Positions 38,266 through 40,695 of a stretch of DNA of 40,695 bases are shown piece after piece. The translations under genes and the position numbers were made by a program. The stretch is from the NCBI RefSeq assembly GCF_001194135.2, contig NC_068988.1:36680880-36721574 (forward strand), written 5' to 3'. Numbering within the stretch: the first letter of the stretch is position 1; every line of letters begins with the position of its first letter. This stretch comes from Octopus bimaculoides (Eukaryota). Below the pieces are notes generated by a model that saw only the letters and a program-made list of their open reading frames with translations, did not search any database and was not told where the DNA came from.

Positions 38266-38663
38266 ATTGGGTATGAAAGAATAGATATGCCTGTCTTTGA
38301 GGGTCTATATGTGTCTGCTTGTTAGTGCATATGAGTGCAAATTAATTAACATTAAATTCCATATCAAGTCATGTTGTTTGCTATATATTGCCTGACTGTA
38401 AAGAATATTTCTACAGAATTTCTATAGAAAATCTGTAGAGATAAACTTAACAGGTGATTTAATAACACTACTAACACAGTAGAACACAGTACTGGTATAT
38501 AAAGCGTTGAAAATACTTTGTAGTATATTATGTTTGCATACAGAAATACGGTGTCCTTCCAGGTCATTAATATGCCTGACTATTGACAAGCGAATTTCAG
38601 CAAAATGAACTTAATTCAGGAACTTTGTCCAGTTTCGTTTTCACTTCTTCTTGCAGTATAAAA

Positions 38664-38700
<37 letters not shown>

Positions 38701-39228
38701 TAGAGGCGTGAGGGCACCTATTTATGTGTACTTTCAGTGTTTGTGTGTGTGTATGTGTGCACTTATATAAATGTTTCTATGTAACCATCCATATCGTTTA
38801 ATTTTTATTTATATTATTTATATTTTACAGCCAATAAGCCTTATATTCTCAGTTTCTATTTGAATTCATTTCAAAATTTTATACTCTGTCCTTGTACTTT
38901 TGAAGAAAGTTTCACTAAGCTATGGCAATTTAACAACAAGCATTTCTAGTTTTCCCCAGTTTTATATATTTGCCAGCAGCCCGCTCGATATACAAGTAAG
39001 AAGAAAATATATTTATGAAGTAACAGTGGTTTCACACTTTAAATTACTTCCATTCCCATTACAGAATTTTCTCTGACAGCTTGAATATAACATTGGACTA
39101 TTAATGATTTTTCAGCCGAGGCAGACCGCTGGCGCCCTACAATTATAAAGCTCGATTAAAGCATAACTGGGAAACCATGTTGGCATTTAGATTTTTTAAC
39201 TATTCTTATGCTCTTTGGATATTATTAT

Positions 39229-39240
<12 letters not shown>
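38152..39240. repeat. Local direct duplication, copy 1 (carries ~340 bp not present in copy 2)
   Basis: Colinear blocks shared with 39705-40470. Confidence 0.92.
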
Positions 39241-39259
<19 letters not shown>

Positions 39260-39704
39260 NNNNNNNNNNNNNNNNNNNNNNNNNNNNNNNNNNNNNNNNN
39301 NNNNNNNNNNNNNNNNNNNNNNNNNNNNNNNNNNNNNNNNNNNNNNNNNNNNNNNNNNNNNNNNNNNNNNNNNNNNNNNNNNNATATACATATATTTACA
39401 TACGTCCCTCTGTGTGTGTGTGTGTGTGTGTGTGTGCATGTATACATATGTATGTGTACGTATGTATGTATAAATTTAAAAACAGAAAACGAAAATGGAA
39501 TTCACGAGACTATTTTTTTCACTCATTAAAGACCGATTCACGATGGGTCGTAATGATTATACTGAATAATAAATGGTATTTGAATTACATTTTTTCTTCC
39601 TCTCTTATTCTATAAACCCTAAGGACACGAAGGAATTCTAGAAATAAATCCAGTGGCATTTAAATCTATACCGTTGACGATACCAGTTAGTAACATGCAG
39701 TGAA

Positions 39705-39778
39705 CGGGCTTTAAACAGCATATAACATATATCTTTATATATGTAATTTTGTGTCTATATAATGCATGTATGGCAGTG

Positions 39779-39810
<32 letters not shown>

Positions 39811-40470
39811 AGCTCAATGAACTTAATTCTGGAACTTTGCTTCATTTTCGTTTTCACTTTTTCTTGCAATTTGAATACGCACATACACACATACACACGC
39901 ACACAAGCTGAGTCGCGTGAGCATCCATGTATGTGTACTTTCGGTATTTGTGTGTGTATATGTGTTTGCACGTATATAAATGTTTCTCTGTAACCATCCA
40001 TGTCGTGTAATTTGTATTTCTATTATTATATTTTACAGCCAGTAAGCCTTATCTTTTGAATTTCTATTTGAATTCATTTCGAAATTTTATACTCTGTCCT
40101 TGTATTTGTGAAAAAAGTTTCACTCAGTTATGCCAATTTTACACTTGCCAAGTAATATAAAATTAGCAACAAGCATTTCTAGGTTTCCTCAGTTTTATAT
40201 ATTTGCCAGCAGCACGCTCGATATACCATTCAGAAGAAAATATATTGATAAAATAACAGTGGTTTAACACTTAAATTACTTCCATTCCCAGTACAGAATT
40301 TTCTCTAATGAAAGCTTGAATATAACATTGAAGTATTAATAATTTTTCTGCCGAGGCAGACCGCTGGCGCCCAACATTTATAAAGCTCGATTAAAGCATA
40401 ATTGGGAATCCATTATAACATTTAGACATTTCAACCATTTTACATGCTCTTTCGATATTATATGTATGTA
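39705..40470. repeat. Local direct duplication, copy 2
   Basis: Shared blocks include cgggctttaaacagcata, aatgaacttaattc, aaattttatactctgtccttgta and gccgaggcagaccgctggcgccc. Confidence 0.92.
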
Positions 40471-40509
40471 TGTATGTATATATGTATTTATATATTTATT
40501 TATGGGTTT

Positions 40510-40545
40510 CAGGCAAGTGGCTGTGGTCATGCTGGAGCGCCACCG
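40510..40545 (-). mobile_element. SINE/LINE 3' tail fragment
   Basis: gtggctgtggtcatgctggagcgccacc resembles gactgtggccatggtggagcaccgcc at ~37136. Confidence 0.55.
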
Positions 40546-40695
40546 TGATTTTCTGTCTTTATGCTTTGCTCTCTTCACGTTCCTTGCATGGCTCTTCTCC
40601 TGCACCTGATATAGTACAATCAAGAGTTTTGATGGCACATATATGTGTATATATGTATATATACATAAATATATATACATATATATATATATATA

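Noticed and set aside
39115-39137. CTCF site in the duplicated GC core
   Set aside because: Only the GGCGC end matches; the core CCASYAG positions mismatch.
3790-39993. Numerous ORF-track entries rich in HT/YI/CV/ER/LS or X
   Set aside because: They are translations of dinucleotide microsatellites and N gaps, not proteins.

Overview
AT-rich eukaryotic genomic DNA from a draft assembly with 11 N-gaps. It is most likely octopus or another coleoid cephalopod; this is inferred from the SINE and LINE families and the dense (TA)/(TG)/(GA)/trinucleotide microsatellites. No intact, nameable host gene, RNA gene or prokaryotic system is visible. Most ORF-track entries are artefacts of microsatellites and N runs. 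Confidently identified content is decayed mobile DNA: five R4/Dong-type (RT + Zn-knuckle + restriction-like endonuclease) LINE relics, one Tx1/L1-clade LINE (APE + RT), two mariner relics, several tRNA-derived SINEs and a nested Helentron-associated-like fragment. The unexplained signals are: a phase-compatible chain of small minus-strand candidate exons encoding a hydrophobic helix; a degenerate C2H2-like finger; a diverged local duplication with a frame-preserving core; a 171-bp fold-back; a 38-bp palindrome; and a SINE dimer with a thrice-repeated flank. All exon calls come from reading splice signals by eye and are low confidence, because similar signals also occur on the plus strand.
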